Assembly (NCBI GenBank): GCA_049965555.1
Contig: JBMFWF010000001.1
Location: 83,791 to 147,790 of the forward strand
Reading direction: 5' to 3'
Source: Candidatus Parvarchaeum sp.
GTDB lineage: Archaea > Nanobdellota > Nanobdellia > Parvarchaeales > Parvarchaeaceae
DNA length: 64,000 nt
Part shown: one piece after another, positions 48,965 through 58,047 of the stretch
Position numbering within the stretch: position 1 is the first letter of the stretch
How the letters are laid out: each line of letters starts with the position of its first letter
Program-made: the position numbers and the translations under genes
Notes under the pieces: generated by a model
What the model was told of the DNA's origin: nothing
The model's database searches: none
The model's input: only the letters and a program-made list of their open reading frames with translations

Positions 48965-49207
48965 TCAGCTGTTTTCCTCATCGCTGTCTTCATTAGAACT
49001 GTTTTTGGAAAGTTCTTCTATCCTTCTATTGATAAATTTTATTTCCTCTTCCAGCTCTTCTTTATAGTCTTGAAGGTTTTCCTTCAGGTCCTTCTTTTCA
49101 GGAGGCATTTCATTCTGCATTCTCATCATGCCATGCCTACCCATTCTGTTCATTCCTCTGTTTCCACAGCCGCAACCGCAGCCGCACCCACCATTGTTCA
49201 TTCCCAT
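48965..49207 (-). CDS. small Gly/Cys/Met-rich protein with (GC)n repeat and acidic coiled-coil tail
   Basis: 80 aa; MGMNNGGCGCGCGCGNRGMNRMGRHGMMRMQNEM... then K/E-rich helix; stop 2 nt before the PadR gene (co-transcribed); GGTGAT SD. Confidence 0.4.
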   Translation of the reverse strand: MGMNNGGCGCGCGCGNRGMNRMGRHGMMRMQNEMPPEKKDLKENLQDYKEELEEEIKFINRRIEELSKNSSNEDSDEENS

Positions 49208-49396
49208 ATTATATCACCTCTGATATAATTACTTATATCTCTACTAGTATAAATACTTTATAATAAACAAGTTAGAAGCCAACTAATAGTAATAAAGGGG
49301 ACCTTTTTTAGCGGTCTTTTCTTTAATTGAAGTTATATGGATTTAATACAGTTGATCTCATAAACACTAAAAAATAACTATATACAGAATAGACAT

Positions 49397-49855
49397 TCAG
49401 CTTGTATAATTGTATGTTGAATTTGATGCCAGCACATTAAAACCGAATAAATTAGAATAAGCTTTCAAATGTATCTCTCCGGTATGCAATCCCTTGACAG
49501 TTATCACGCCGAATTTTGCCGGAGCTATCGCTGTACCGTTGTTAAGAATAGTAAGGGACTGGTTGTTTATCGATGCTGTAAAACTGTCTATGCTTACTAA
49601 GTCGGCGTTGAATATTATTATATTGCTTGTATTGTCTATCCCCTGTGAGACTCCAACTATATTGGGGCCGAAATTTACTGGAAGGCTATATCCCGGTAGA
49701 CCTATTATGGGAGTAGAGTGGAATATAAGCGCACTGCCTGCGAAGATTAGAATTATGACTATTATGCCTTCCAATGCGGGTTTAAGAATGCGTATAAAGG
49801 TTATTATTGCAACGGCAATTATGGCTATTCCCAGTATAAGCTCTATGTCCACCAT
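49397..49855 (-). CDS. membrane-anchored secreted protein, function unknown
   Basis: 152 aa; two N-terminal hydrophobic helices then Ser/Asn-rich segment with N-x-S/T sequons. Confidence 0.35.
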   Translation of the reverse strand: MVDIELILGIAIIAVAIITFIRILKPALEGIIVIILIFAGSALIFHSTPIIGLPGYSLPVNFGPNIVGVSQGIDNTSNIIIFNADLVSIDSFTASINNQSLTILNNGTAIAPAKFGVITVKGLHTGEIHLKAYSNLFGFNVLASNSTYNYTS

Positions 49856-49915
49856 GAGTTATTATAAACGCTAAAAGAATAAAAACTTTAAAAAAATAAA
49901 AAAATAAAAAATTAC

Positions 49916-50095
49916 TTAGAAGTCGTGTGCCCTAAGTGTCTTTCTGCCGTCAGCTTTAGCTCTTGCTACTGCTTTGGCGATTGACTCTTTGACAAACTTG
50001 TCAAGACCTTCTATTGTGTCATCAGGGCAACGCATGTCCTTACCGACTTTCTTGACTTCTTCTTTTACTGAACTTTTTCTTACGAAATCTGCCAT
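49916..50095 (-). CDS. archaeal histone (HMf-family histone fold)
   Basis: Start taken at the internal Met (MADFVRK...), giving 59 aa. The C-terminus AVARAKADGRKTLRAHDF matches the HMfB ...AKHAGRKTIKAEDI. The preceding DD..IE.L...V.E is histone-fold-like. Confidence 0.55.
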   Translation of the reverse strand: MADFVRKSSVKEEVKKVGKDMRCPDDTIEGLDKFVKESIAKAVARAKADGRKTLRAHDF

Positions 50096-50190
50096 ATTAC
50101 CTCCTATTATACTGTATTTAAGCAAATATGCATTTAAAAAGCTGTTTATTGACACAAATAGCTTTATTTAGATAAATTCAATAAATTCAT

Positions 50191-51879
50191 ATGATATCTG
50201 AAGAAGAAATAAAAAAGGCGGCAATAAAGAATGCTGCAATGCATCAAGGAGCAGCAAGGATAAGCTCCGTAATCTCCGAGATTTTAGGAAAGGACAAACA
50301 GCTTGTAAAGGAGATGGATAAATTAAAAATTCTGGCTGAGAAAGCAGTTAATGAAGTAAATTCCCTGTCAAAAGAAGAGATAATGAAGCTTGCTGATGAG
50401 ATGAAACTTGTAAGCAGCAATCAAAACGAGAAGGAAAAGAAGGGGCTTAAACCGCTGCCAGGAGCAGAGAAGGGAGTTGTTCTTAGGTTGCCCCCGGAGC
50501 CTTCGGGATACATGCACTGGGGCCATGCTTTGTCATTTACAATAAACTACCTTTACAAGGAGATGTACAACGGAAAATTATGGCTAAGGTTTGAAGACAC
50601 AAATCCCAATTTAGTCAGAGAAGAATTCGTTAGAAACTTCGAAGAAAGCATAAAATGGCTTGGAATAAAATACGACGAGAAGAAATTCATAAGCGACGAC
50701 ATGGAAAAAATCTACGAATTCGCAGAAAAACTGATAAAGGAAGGGAAAGCTTACGGGTGCACATGCTCTTCCGAAGAGATAAAGAAAAATAGAAACTCTG
50801 GAAAAGAATGCCAACACAGAAACAATTCGATAGATGAAAACCTTTCATTATGGGAAAAAGCAAAGGAAGGAAAATTTGAAACAGGCGAGCTCACTTTTAG
50901 ATTTAAAGGAAATATGAACGACAAGGATGCTTCATTGAGAGATCCGAATATAATGAGAGTTATAAAAACAGACTACAAACCTTACAACTTGTGGCCATTA
51001 TATGACTTTGCTAGCGTCGTAGAGGATGAACTTTGCGGGATAACACATATATTGAGAAGCAACGAATTCAAAGCAAACCTCCAGACAAGGCTAAGAAAGG
51101 AACTTGGATTTCATGAACCCTATGTAATACAGTACAGCAGATTTAATTTTGAAGGTACACTGACATCAAAACGCAAGGTTAGAGAGCTAATAAAACAGGG
51201 ATACATAAAGGATTGGCATGACATAAGACTTGCCACGATTTACTCGATGAAGAGAAGAGGAATAGAACCTGAAGCCATAAGGGAATTCGTTAAGGAGGTA
51301 GGTTATTCTTCTTCTGAGCATGAATACAGCCTTGATATGCTTTTCACATTCAACAGAAGGATAATAGACGGAAAAGCGAAAAGACTTTTCTTTGTACCTA
51401 ATCCTATTAAATTGCTAGTTGAAGATGCGATAGAGGAAAAGGCAAAGCTACCTTTCCATCCATCGAATGACCTTGGCTACAGGGAGATACAGACGAACGG
51501 TAAATTCTTTGTAGACAAAGAAGACTTAGCCTCATTAGATATTGGGGATGCATTCAGGCTTAAGGAGCTTTATAGCGTAGAGATAGTGGACAAGGAAAAC
51601 GATCTGTTAACCTGCAGAATGCACAGCAGAGATCATGAGCAGGGAGAGAAGATAATACAATGGGTATCGGAGCAGAATGTGCCTATAAAGGTTACAAAAG
51701 TAGGAAATCTGCTAAACCCTGATGGCACATTCAATGAAAACAGCCTTACTGAAATAGAGGGTTTTGCAGAGAAGGCAGTTGAGGAAATAGAAGAAGGGCA
51801 GATAATTCAGTTTGAGAGGTTTGGCTTCTGCAGGCTTGACAGTAAAAAAACTAGGGAATTCATATTCGTAAGCAAATAA
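50191..51879 (+). CDS. gltX: glutamyl-tRNA synthetase (archaeal type)
   Basis: 562 aa; class I HIGH-type motif (PSGYMHWGHA), KMSKS-region and archaeal anticodon-binding domain. Confidence 0.9.
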   Translation: MISEEEIKKAAIKNAAMHQGAARISSVISEILGKDKQLVKEMDKLKILAEKAVNEVNSLSKEEIMKLADEMKLVSSNQNEKEKKGLKPLPGAEKGVVLRLPPEPSGYMHWGHALSFTINYLYKEMYNGKLWLRFEDTNPNLVREEFVRNFEESIKWLGIKYDEKKFISDDMEKIYEFAEKLIKEGKAYGCTCSSEEIKKNRNSGKECQHRNNSIDENLSLWEKAKEGKFETGELTFRFKGNMNDKDASLRDPNIMRVIKTDYKPYNLWPLYDFASVVEDELCGITHILRSNEFKANLQTRLRKELGFHEPYVIQYSRFNFEGTLTSKRKVRELIKQGYIKDWHDIRLATIYSMKRRGIEPEAIREFVKEVGYSSSEHEYSLDMLFTFNRRIIDGKAKRLFFVPNPIKLLVEDAIEEKAKLPFHPSNDLGYREIQTNGKFFVDKEDLASLDIGDAFRLKELYSVEIVDKENDLLTCRMHSRDHEQGEKIIQWVSEQNVPIKVTKVGNLLNPDGTFNENSLTEIEGFAEKAVEEIEEGQIIQFERFGFCRLDSKKTREFIFVSK

Positions 51880-51916
51880 ATAAACTATTTAAAAAAGTTT
51901 TAATCATATAAAAATA

Positions 51917-52696
51917 ATGAAAAGCGGAAACATAGTTGTTTGGGATTTAGATTCCACACTTATAGATACAAATGCGGTATTTGAAAACGCACAGAAGAAT
52001 ATAATAAGCAGACTTTCAAATGAACTCAATAAATTCTCGATAAACATAGACCCAAATTCTGAAAAAGAGATGGATGAATTGAGAGCAATCGATTATGAGG
52101 GAATAAAAATTAGAGGGCACACTGCCTATGATTCTCCTCAGCAGCTGCCTTTGTCGCTTATCTATACGTACCTTAAAAGAAGCAATCTAAAGGAAGAGTA
52201 TGCCGCTGCTTGGATTGCCAACAAAGGCATGGAATTGGCATATGAAACTGGAAAGGAATACCTGGAAAAATTGAATGAAACACCTAAAAAATTCTCAGGT
52301 ATAGAAGAGGTCCTTGAAGAATCAGCAAAAAGAAATTACAACATACTGCTGACAGAATACTTTGGAAACGAGGAAAAACAGTACAAGAAAATAAATGAAA
52401 ACCATCTGGGGATCTACTTTGACAAGATAATAGCTTCGGAGAAAAAGGACAGCGTTGTAATAATGTCAGCCGTCGAATATGGAAAGCTAGAAAATGGAAT
52501 AAAAGACAAAGAATTCAAGTTGGTATTTATAGATGATAGAAGCAAATACCTGGAGATAGCGAAGGCAGCATATCCTTCCTGCATAACCATAAACGTATTG
52601 TTCGGTAAGAAGGAGATATTCGGGGAAAAGTCAAATAATGTGAATTACACTGTAAAAAATGTTTCTGAGTTAAGTGAGATACTTAAAAAGGTTTAA
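51917..52696 (+). CDS. HAD-superfamily hydrolase
   Basis: 259 aa; motif I VVWDLDSTLIDT (DxDxT). Confidence 0.5.
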   Translation: MKSGNIVVWDLDSTLIDTNAVFENAQKNIISRLSNELNKFSINIDPNSEKEMDELRAIDYEGIKIRGHTAYDSPQQLPLSLIYTYLKRSNLKEEYAAAWIANKGMELAYETGKEYLEKLNETPKKFSGIEEVLEESAKRNYNILLTEYFGNEEKQYKKINENHLGIYFDKIIASEKKDSVVIMSAVEYGKLENGIKDKEFKLVFIDDRSKYLEIAKAAYPSCITINVLFGKKEIFGEKSNNVNYTVKNVSELSEILKKV

Positions 52697-52714
52697 ATAA
52701 AAATAAATAAAAAA

Positions 52715-52835
52715 TCCCTGCGGCCGGACTCGAACCCGCAACCTACCGGTTTCCGCAGCTGAAACTCTTCATTGCACTGAAAAACAGCACTTAGTAATTC
52801 TACAGCCGGTCGCTCTACCATTGGGCTACGCAGGG
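52715..52835 (-). tRNA. tRNA-Tyr (anticodon GUA) with ~49-nt intron
   Basis: Reverse complement folds with acceptor ccctgcg/cgcaggg. It has the archaeal/eukaryal Tyr identity pair C1:G72 and A73. The anticodon stem accgg/ccggt encloses ctGTAg plus a 49-nt insert. The T-arm is gcggg-ttcgagt-ccggc. Confidence 0.7.
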
Positions 52836-52884
52836 TTATTTATTCTTATGACGCAAGAAATTAATAAATCTTGCTATTCATTAT

Positions 52885-53163
52885 TCAAGCACCCACACTT
52901 TCCTTTATTATGTTATCTATCTGTGATTTTATTGACTCGCTTATTTTTGCAAGCGTCCCGCCAAGATTCCCTTCCAGTTTTCTGTAGTCATCTTCGCACA
53001 TGTAGCCGTTGTATATCTGCATTCTCTGTCCAAAACGCAGGCCGACGTCGACTGCGAACGACTTTGTATCTGCTTCACAAAGATCCTTTCCGCAAACTGG
53101 ACATGTTCTAGTAGCAATCTTCTGCTTGCATACATCACATATCGTAACAGTAACTTTTGCCAT
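52885..53163 (-). CDS. zinc-ribbon protein (C4), function unknown
   Basis: 92 aa; CDVC...CPVC. Confidence 0.4.
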   Translation of the reverse strand: MAKVTVTICDVCKQKIATRTCPVCGKDLCEADTKSFAVDVGLRFGQRMQIYNGYMCEDDYRKLEGNLGGTLAKISESIKSQIDNIIKESVGA

Positions 53164-53253
53164 AATTCACCAGCGGCATTATACGTCTTTTCAGACAACG
53201 AAATGCCATCGTTATTTTAATTATTATAAGGTTTTTACCAATTTAAATATTAA

Positions 53254-54552
53254 TTAAGTACTTTTAAAGTCCACGCCAACATAAGAACCCTGCTTTGCAG
53301 TACCACTAGAAGGAGAAGGATTATAGGTACGCACAATATGATTTTCTGTTACACTTGATGATTGTATACTAAAACCGTAACTGCCTGGCGGTTCTGAAAA
53401 GGCTATTACATCCCCGCTTCCTGTTAAACTTATAGTTGAGCTTTTTGTATCCCCATCGTAAGTAACACTCCAACTTGCACCAAATGGCAACCCTCCTTCT
53501 ACAAAGACAGTTTCATCCATCAGAGAGCCATTTACAAGCTGTTCACTGTAAGAGTTAACAAGCTGCAGATCATTAACACCTGACTGGACTCCCAAGAAAG
53601 TAAATGATTTGCTGTATAAGCCAAGAAAAGGCCTGTTGCTTTGGTCAGCAAGGTAAAATGAGTTTCCGCCGCATAAGATGGGTTGACAGACTATGCTGCC
53701 ATTATTTATAGTGCCTTCCTTTACAAGTGTAACTAGGTTTGTGCACTGCTGTGACAAGTACGAAAAAGTTGGGTTGTAATTTGATTTTGCAGTTACATTT
53801 ACTTGAAAATTCGTTTCTAAATTGCCGGGTATACTCACAACCAATGTTATGTTGTGCACTTCCTGCTGGCACGGAGAGACTAGTGAAAGCGAATGTATGC
53901 CCGTTAAATCAGAGTAAGAACGGGAGCATGTGCTCTGGCCGTTGAAGTATGCATTTAAATTTATACTGTTGTTTGAATATTCCTGCAAATAAAATGTATA
54001 ATTCTGCGAAGCAATAACTGAAGAGGAATTAAGGATAAGAGAAAATGTAGAAGAAGAATTTACAACTATCCCCGAGGTGCTTATCTGGTTGTATAATGCT
54101 AAATCGCTCATGTTTGCTGAACCTGAAAAGGCATATTCTTTCGGAAGATAGAAATTTACATCCCCTTTGGCAGTGCTTTCTAGAAAGTACTGGTTTCCGC
54201 TGGATACGCCTAATGCAACAGGGTCACTTATATTTGCATAACAAAGATTGTAATTGCCGTCTAAGGAAGATAGAACTGCCGAATTCGGCGAGAAGATGTA
54301 TGTATTTGAGCTTAATATTGAATTGCATCCCGGCGTGTCATACATCTGAAACACAAATATTGAAGGAGAGGAGAACTGCACATTCGAAGCAGTTTGTATG
54401 GAAGTGCATGCTGAATCGGCCATGCTTACCAATGAATTGTAATAGCTTATAGATGATTTAGGAGCGAAGAATGCGGAATATTCGTACACGACAAAGAACA
54501 GTATTATCGCCATCATTATCGCTATCAATATTCCTTCTAAAAGCAAGTCCAT
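53254..54552 (-). CDS. N-terminally anchored extracellular Ser/Asn-rich glycoprotein
   Basis: 432 aa; hydrophobic N-terminus then Ser/Thr/Asn-rich beta-rich sequence with numerous N-x-S/T sequons; tandem with the following pilin-like gene. Confidence 0.4.
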   Translation of the reverse strand: MDLLLEGILIAIMMAIILFFVVYEYSAFFAPKSSISYYNSLVSMADSACTSIQTASNVQFSSPSIFVFQMYDTPGCNSILSSNTYIFSPNSAVLSSLDGNYNLCYANISDPVALGVSSGNQYFLESTAKGDVNFYLPKEYAFSGSANMSDLALYNQISTSGIVVNSSSTFSLILNSSSVIASQNYTFYLQEYSNNSINLNAYFNGQSTCSRSYSDLTGIHSLSLVSPCQQEVHNITLVVSIPGNLETNFQVNVTAKSNYNPTFSYLSQQCTNLVTLVKEGTINNGSIVCQPILCGGNSFYLADQSNRPFLGLYSKSFTFLGVQSGVNDLQLVNSYSEQLVNGSLMDETVFVEGGLPFGASWSVTYDGDTKSSTISLTGSGDVIAFSEPPGSYGFSIQSSSVTENHIVRTYNPSPSSGTAKQGSYVGVDFKST

Positions 54553-54553
54553 A

Positions 54554-55381
54554 TCAATTTATGCTGAATTTGCACTGCAAATCATTACCTCCATTATAAC
54601 TGCATTCTTGAAACTTTATATAACCTGGGTTACCGTAAAGAAAAGCCATTGGATCATTGCCGCACGAACTTGAGCAGGAAGGCGGAACGACGTTTATGAA
54701 TGCTGAACGGTTGTTGTATGTCAGTGGAGCGCAGGTCAAGGTGGTGATGTATGCTCCCGGCTGGCCATAACCGTATCTTATGGTATCTGCATTGAAGAAT
54801 GAGACACAGGAATTTGAAAGGGATACCTCTGGATTAGATGACTGCAAAAAATAAGATAAAGTACCTGTAGAGCCATTTATTCCCGATGCTATTGTACTTG
54901 TCGGAGAATTGTATGCCGACAGGTCGGGGAACCATCCCGGGAATGACGCATTGTCTGGGCCCTCGTTGTTTGAAGAGGAAGGAAGATAATTCCAAAAGGC
55001 TTGATTCCTGCTTATCGGTGAAAGAGAGAACGTTCCTATGCAAACAAAATAAGTGTTAGAAAGCGAGGACGGGTTTGATGGGGAGATAAGTATTGCCTCC
55101 CGTGACAGTTCATTAAGATCGTTTATGCAGGAGCTACTCCCATAGAACTGGCTTAAGAAAGTGTATTTCGGTAAGTCCGGGGAAACTGGCGGCAAAACAA
55201 CCGAATTGCCGGTTTGCATTGCAGTAAGGGTTGATGAAACATACTGAGTAATGGATTCAGATGATGATATAACCTTGTTAGCGCCGGCGGTTATTATGAA
55301 GTATGCGATTATAGCTATGGGAATAAGGATTATTATCGAGAGTATAAACGATAGAAACTCTGAAATGCCCTTGTTTTTCAT
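54554..55381 (-). CDS. pilin-like extracellular protein with class III (type IV prepilin-like) signal peptide
   Basis: 275 aa; MKNKG|ISEFLSFILSIIILIPIAIIAYFII fits the archaeal prepilin peptidase site (K-G then hydrophobic helix with early Glu); Ser/Asn-rich ectodomain. Confidence 0.45.
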   Translation of the reverse strand: MKNKGISEFLSFILSIIILIPIAIIAYFIITAGANKVISSSESITQYVSSTLTAMQTGNSVVLPPVSPDLPKYTFLSQFYGSSSCINDLNELSREAILISPSNPSSLSNTYFVCIGTFSLSPISRNQAFWNYLPSSSNNEGPDNASFPGWFPDLSAYNSPTSTIASGINGSTGTLSYFLQSSNPEVSLSNSCVSFFNADTIRYGYGQPGAYITTLTCAPLTYNNRSAFINVVPPSCSSSCGNDPMAFLYGNPGYIKFQECSYNGGNDLQCKFSIN

Positions 55382-55410
55382 TCAAATAATAGCAAATGAT
55401 AAAATAAATC

Positions 55411-55578
55411 CTATTTGTTTGAGCTTCTCATCGCCCATTTGAACTTCCTTGGGTCTTTTTTCATCAATGTGTATTCCCTGCACCGTCTGCTACAGAAATT
55501 GTAGACTGTTCCGTCCACTTTAGCGTACACGATCCCGGTCCCTTTTTTTATTTCCTGCCCACAAAAACTGCATTTCAT
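55411..55578 (-). CDS. rpl24e: ribosomal protein L24e (eL24)
   Basis: 55-aa ORF missing from the track: MKCSFCGQEIKKGTGIVYAKVDGTVYNFCSRRCREYTLMKKDPRKFKWAMRSSNK (C4 zinc ribbon, KRNPRK motif); directly downstream of rps28e. Confidence 0.75.
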   Translation of the reverse strand: MKCSFCGQEIKKGTGIVYAKVDGTVYNFCSRRCREYTLMKKDPRKFKWAMRSSNK

Positions 55579-55581
55579 AGC

Positions 55582-55839
55582 TTACCTTATTGGCATTGCC
55601 TCCATCTCAGTCTCCTTAAGCATCAATATATCTCCAACGACTACTGGCCCACGCACATTCCTGCGTATTATTTTGTCTTTATCCATGCCAGCCAGAACCT
55701 TGCATCTTACTTGGGTGACTTCTCCCGCTACCCCGTGTCTTCCAACTATCTCTATGACTTCAGCAGGGTATGCATCTAAAAAACGCTGTTCTGTGTTGTC
55801 CCCTTTGTTTTCCGGGCTTTTGTTCTGCTGCTTTTTCAT
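55582..55839 (-). CDS. rps28e: ribosomal protein S28e (eS28)
   Basis: [56 protein letters not shown] consensus; N-terminal extension. Confidence 0.8.
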   Translation of the reverse strand: MKKQQNKSPENKGDNTEQRFLDAYPAEVIEIVGRHGVAGEVTQVRCKVLAGMDKDKIIRRNVRGPVVVGDILMLKETEMEAMPIR

Positions 55840-56183
55840 AAATTCTTAATTTTCCCAATTAGGTCTTCCATTGCATGTGCTTCCTCTCCGGGATTCACTA
55901 CTGCAACTGCAGACGTGCCTATGCTCATGCCGCATGCCTTTCCAAGTTCTACTTTGCTGCTCACTGCAATGCATGGAACATTCTTATCTTTTGAAAGAAG
56001 AGGAATATGCATTATTATCTCCTTTGGAGAAACATCCGAGGCATATATTACAAGCCTTGCCTGACCTCTCTCCAATACTTTAGTCACTTCATTTATTCCT
56101 TTTTTAGTAACTCCGCCTTTTGCTCTTATCTTTTCCAAGACGGAAAAAACTTGACTGTCCAAACCTTTAGCTTCATCTACCAT
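55836..56183 (-). CDS. rpl7ae: ribosomal protein L7Ae (eL8)
   Basis: 115 aa; KG.NE.TK..ERG.A.LV..A.DV.P.EI..H.P.L...KN.P consensus. Confidence 0.9.
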   Translation of the reverse strand: MVDEAKGLDSQVFSVLEKIRAKGGVTKKGINEVTKVLERGQARLVIYASDVSPKEIIMHIPLLSKDKNVPCIAVSSKVELGKACGMSIGTSAVAVVNPGEEAHAMEDLIGKIKNL

Positions 56184-56352
56184 ATATCAGCTTACCTCCA
56201 ATTATTATAGCTTTATATGTAGGTTAGTATTTATAAAGTTAATCGTTTATGCTTCTATTTGTAAACTGCAATCTAACAACTTTTTGAAAAACTTCTATTG
56301 TGTAATAAAGTTAAAAAAAGCTTAAATACTCGTGAAAGTTCTTAATAGAGAT

Positions 56353-56661
56353 ATGCAAAAGGCGAGAATAAAATTGACTTCAACGGATTCGGAAAAGCTT
56401 GAAGCAGTATGCAATGACATAATAGATATATCAAAGAAACTAGGAACCGCAATCACTGGCCCAATACCTTTTCCCACTAAAAAGCTAAAGGTCACGACTA
56501 GGAGAGCGCCTAACGGAGCGGGAAGAGAAAGCTATGAAACCTGGGAATTACGATTGCATAAAAGAGTAATAGACATGCAGGCTGATCCAAAAGCGCTGCA
56601 CCTTATAATGAAAACCACCGTTCCAAAAGAAGTAAACATAGAAATGGAAATAAAGGAGTGA
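56353..56661 (+). CDS. rps10: ribosomal protein S10 (uS10)
   Basis: Start taken at the internal Met (MQKARIKLTSTD...). GPIPFPTKKLKVTTRRAP...WELRLHKRVIDM matches uS10. Confidence 0.8.
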   Translation: MQKARIKLTSTDSEKLEAVCNDIIDISKKLGTAITGPIPFPTKKLKVTTRRAPNGAGRESYETWELRLHKRVIDMQADPKALHLIMKTTVPKEVNIEMEIKE

Positions 56662-56789
56662 TTCTTTCCTTTATTTAAAATTAATACTGTAAATCCAATT
56701 CTTTGAATAAATTAAGAACTTAGATTAAAAACATGAATAAAGTACGTAGATGAAATTAAACTTATAACCTACAATACTTTACTATTATA

Positions 56790-57497
56790 ATGGATCAGAC
56801 CAGGGAAAACGGACAGAAACTGCTTATAGCAGCTTTGGTTCTTATCGTTATATTTACAGTTATAACGATACTTATATCTGAAGACGAAAGGATAGGGTTC
56901 ACAGCAGCAGTTTCAACGGTTGCAATCGCTCTTGAGACTTTCCACTTCGATTCGGACTTTGGCATACTGCTGCTTTTCTTTTCTCTTTTCCTGGGAGTCT
57001 TTGCGGTTTACCTTTTGGAATTTTTGATATCGTTTATAAGAAGTGAATTTGGAGGTGTGATTTATATGGCAGAAGGTCTTAGATTCAGAAACCACTACAT
57101 AATATGCGGTGGCGGAAGGATAGGCGAAAGAGTGGGCAGCCTTTTAAGGGAGAAGGGTAAAAAGGTGCTCATTATAGAGAATAATGATGTTAGGGCGATG
57201 GAGCTTAAAAAGCTCGGGTTCAACGTCATAAAGGAAAATGCATTGGATGAGAAGGCATTTAAGATGGCCAATGCAAGCAAAGCGGTTGGAATCTTCGCAG
57301 CCCTTGGCCAGGATGTAGACAATTTTATTGTAGTCCTAAACGCCAAGGAAGCAAACAAGAACATAAAAGTAATAACAAGGTGCAACCTTCTCAAGAATGT
57401 CAACAAATTCAAGGAATTGGGAGCAGATGAGGTAGTGCTGCCCGAGATAGTTGGTGCTGACAGGATGGTTTACCTTTCCGAGAAGCATGAAAAATGA
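56790..57497 (+). CDS. membrane protein with TrkA-N/RCK domain (putative ligand-gated K+ channel-like)
   Basis: 235 aa; two N-terminal TM helices (no GYG filter seen) then Rossmann GxGxxG (ICGGGRIGERVG) of TrkA-N. Confidence 0.5.
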   Translation: MDQTRENGQKLLIAALVLIVIFTVITILISEDERIGFTAAVSTVAIALETFHFDSDFGILLLFFSLFLGVFAVYLLEFLISFIRSEFGGVIYMAEGLRFRNHYIICGGGRIGERVGSLLREKGKKVLIIENNDVRAMELKKLGFNVIKENALDEKAFKMANASKAVGIFAALGQDVDNFIVVLNAKEANKNIKVITRCNLLKNVNKFKELGADEVVLPEIVGADRMVYLSEKHEK

Positions 57498-57951
57498 TGA
57501 TTATTTTGCCAAGTTCTCAATATTTGTTGAAAGGTATCCGATAGAGATATTCACGTTTGAATTGCTTATAGCCATAATATTGAACCCATCTGTAAGAGTA
57601 GCGGCTCTGCTTTTTTCGGGAGTCACAGTAACGGCGGTATTTTCCGAAGGACTAAAGATTTTCTTCAAGGAAAAAAGACCTGAAGAGGCGCTTAAAAGAA
57701 CCTTTTACAAGAGGACTTTTGGATTGAACAGGAGGAGCTTTCCATCTAGCCATTCTGCTATCGCTGCCTTTTTCTTCACGGCCTTCTACAACACGATTCT
57801 TTTCTTGCCATTCCTTGTATTTGGGATCACAGTAATGTACAGCAGGCTATACATAAAGTCGCACTACAAAAAGGATGTAGTGGCGGGCGCTTTGATAGGT
57901 ATATTTATGGGAATTGCATTCCTCTGGATTACAGCACATTTAAGAATATAA
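57487..57951 (+). CDS. PAP2-family phosphatase
   Basis: Motifs KxxxxxxRP (KEKRPEEA), PSSHS, SRxxxxxHxxxD (SRLYIKSHYKKD). Start taken at the internal Met to limit overlap with the upstream gene. Confidence 0.7.
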   Translation: MKNDDYFAKFSIFVERYPIEIFTFELLIAIILNPSVRVAALLFSGVTVTAVFSEGLKIFFKEKRPEEALKRTFYKRTFGLNRRSFPSSHSAIAAFFFTAFYNTILFLPFLVFGITVMYSRLYIKSHYKKDVVAGALIGIFMGIAFLWITAHLRI

Positions 57952-58047
57952 GGAGGAAAAGTTTAATAAAAGAAAAGAATAACATAGATATGCTATGATA
58001 TTCCTTTTTATACACATTATATATTATCAGGGAAGAGGAAGGGGAAA

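Noticed and set aside
49201-49220. Inverted repeat atatca-cctc-tgatat at the start of the Cys-rich ORF as a PadR operator
   Set aside because: Only 6-bp arms in an AT-rich genome; it overlaps the SD/start and may be coincidental. Kept only as a remark in the PadR finding.
50191-50470. Apparent ~90-aa N-terminal extension on GluRS
   Set aside because: Archaeal GluRS normally carries about this much sequence before the HIGH motif, and total length (562 aa) is typical.
52715-52835. tRNA starting with C and 121 nt long looked like a pseudogene
   Set aside because: C1:G72 is the expected archaeal tRNA-Tyr identity pair. The extra length is explained by an anticodon-loop intron, and the rest of the cloverleaf is intact apart from one T-stem mismatch.
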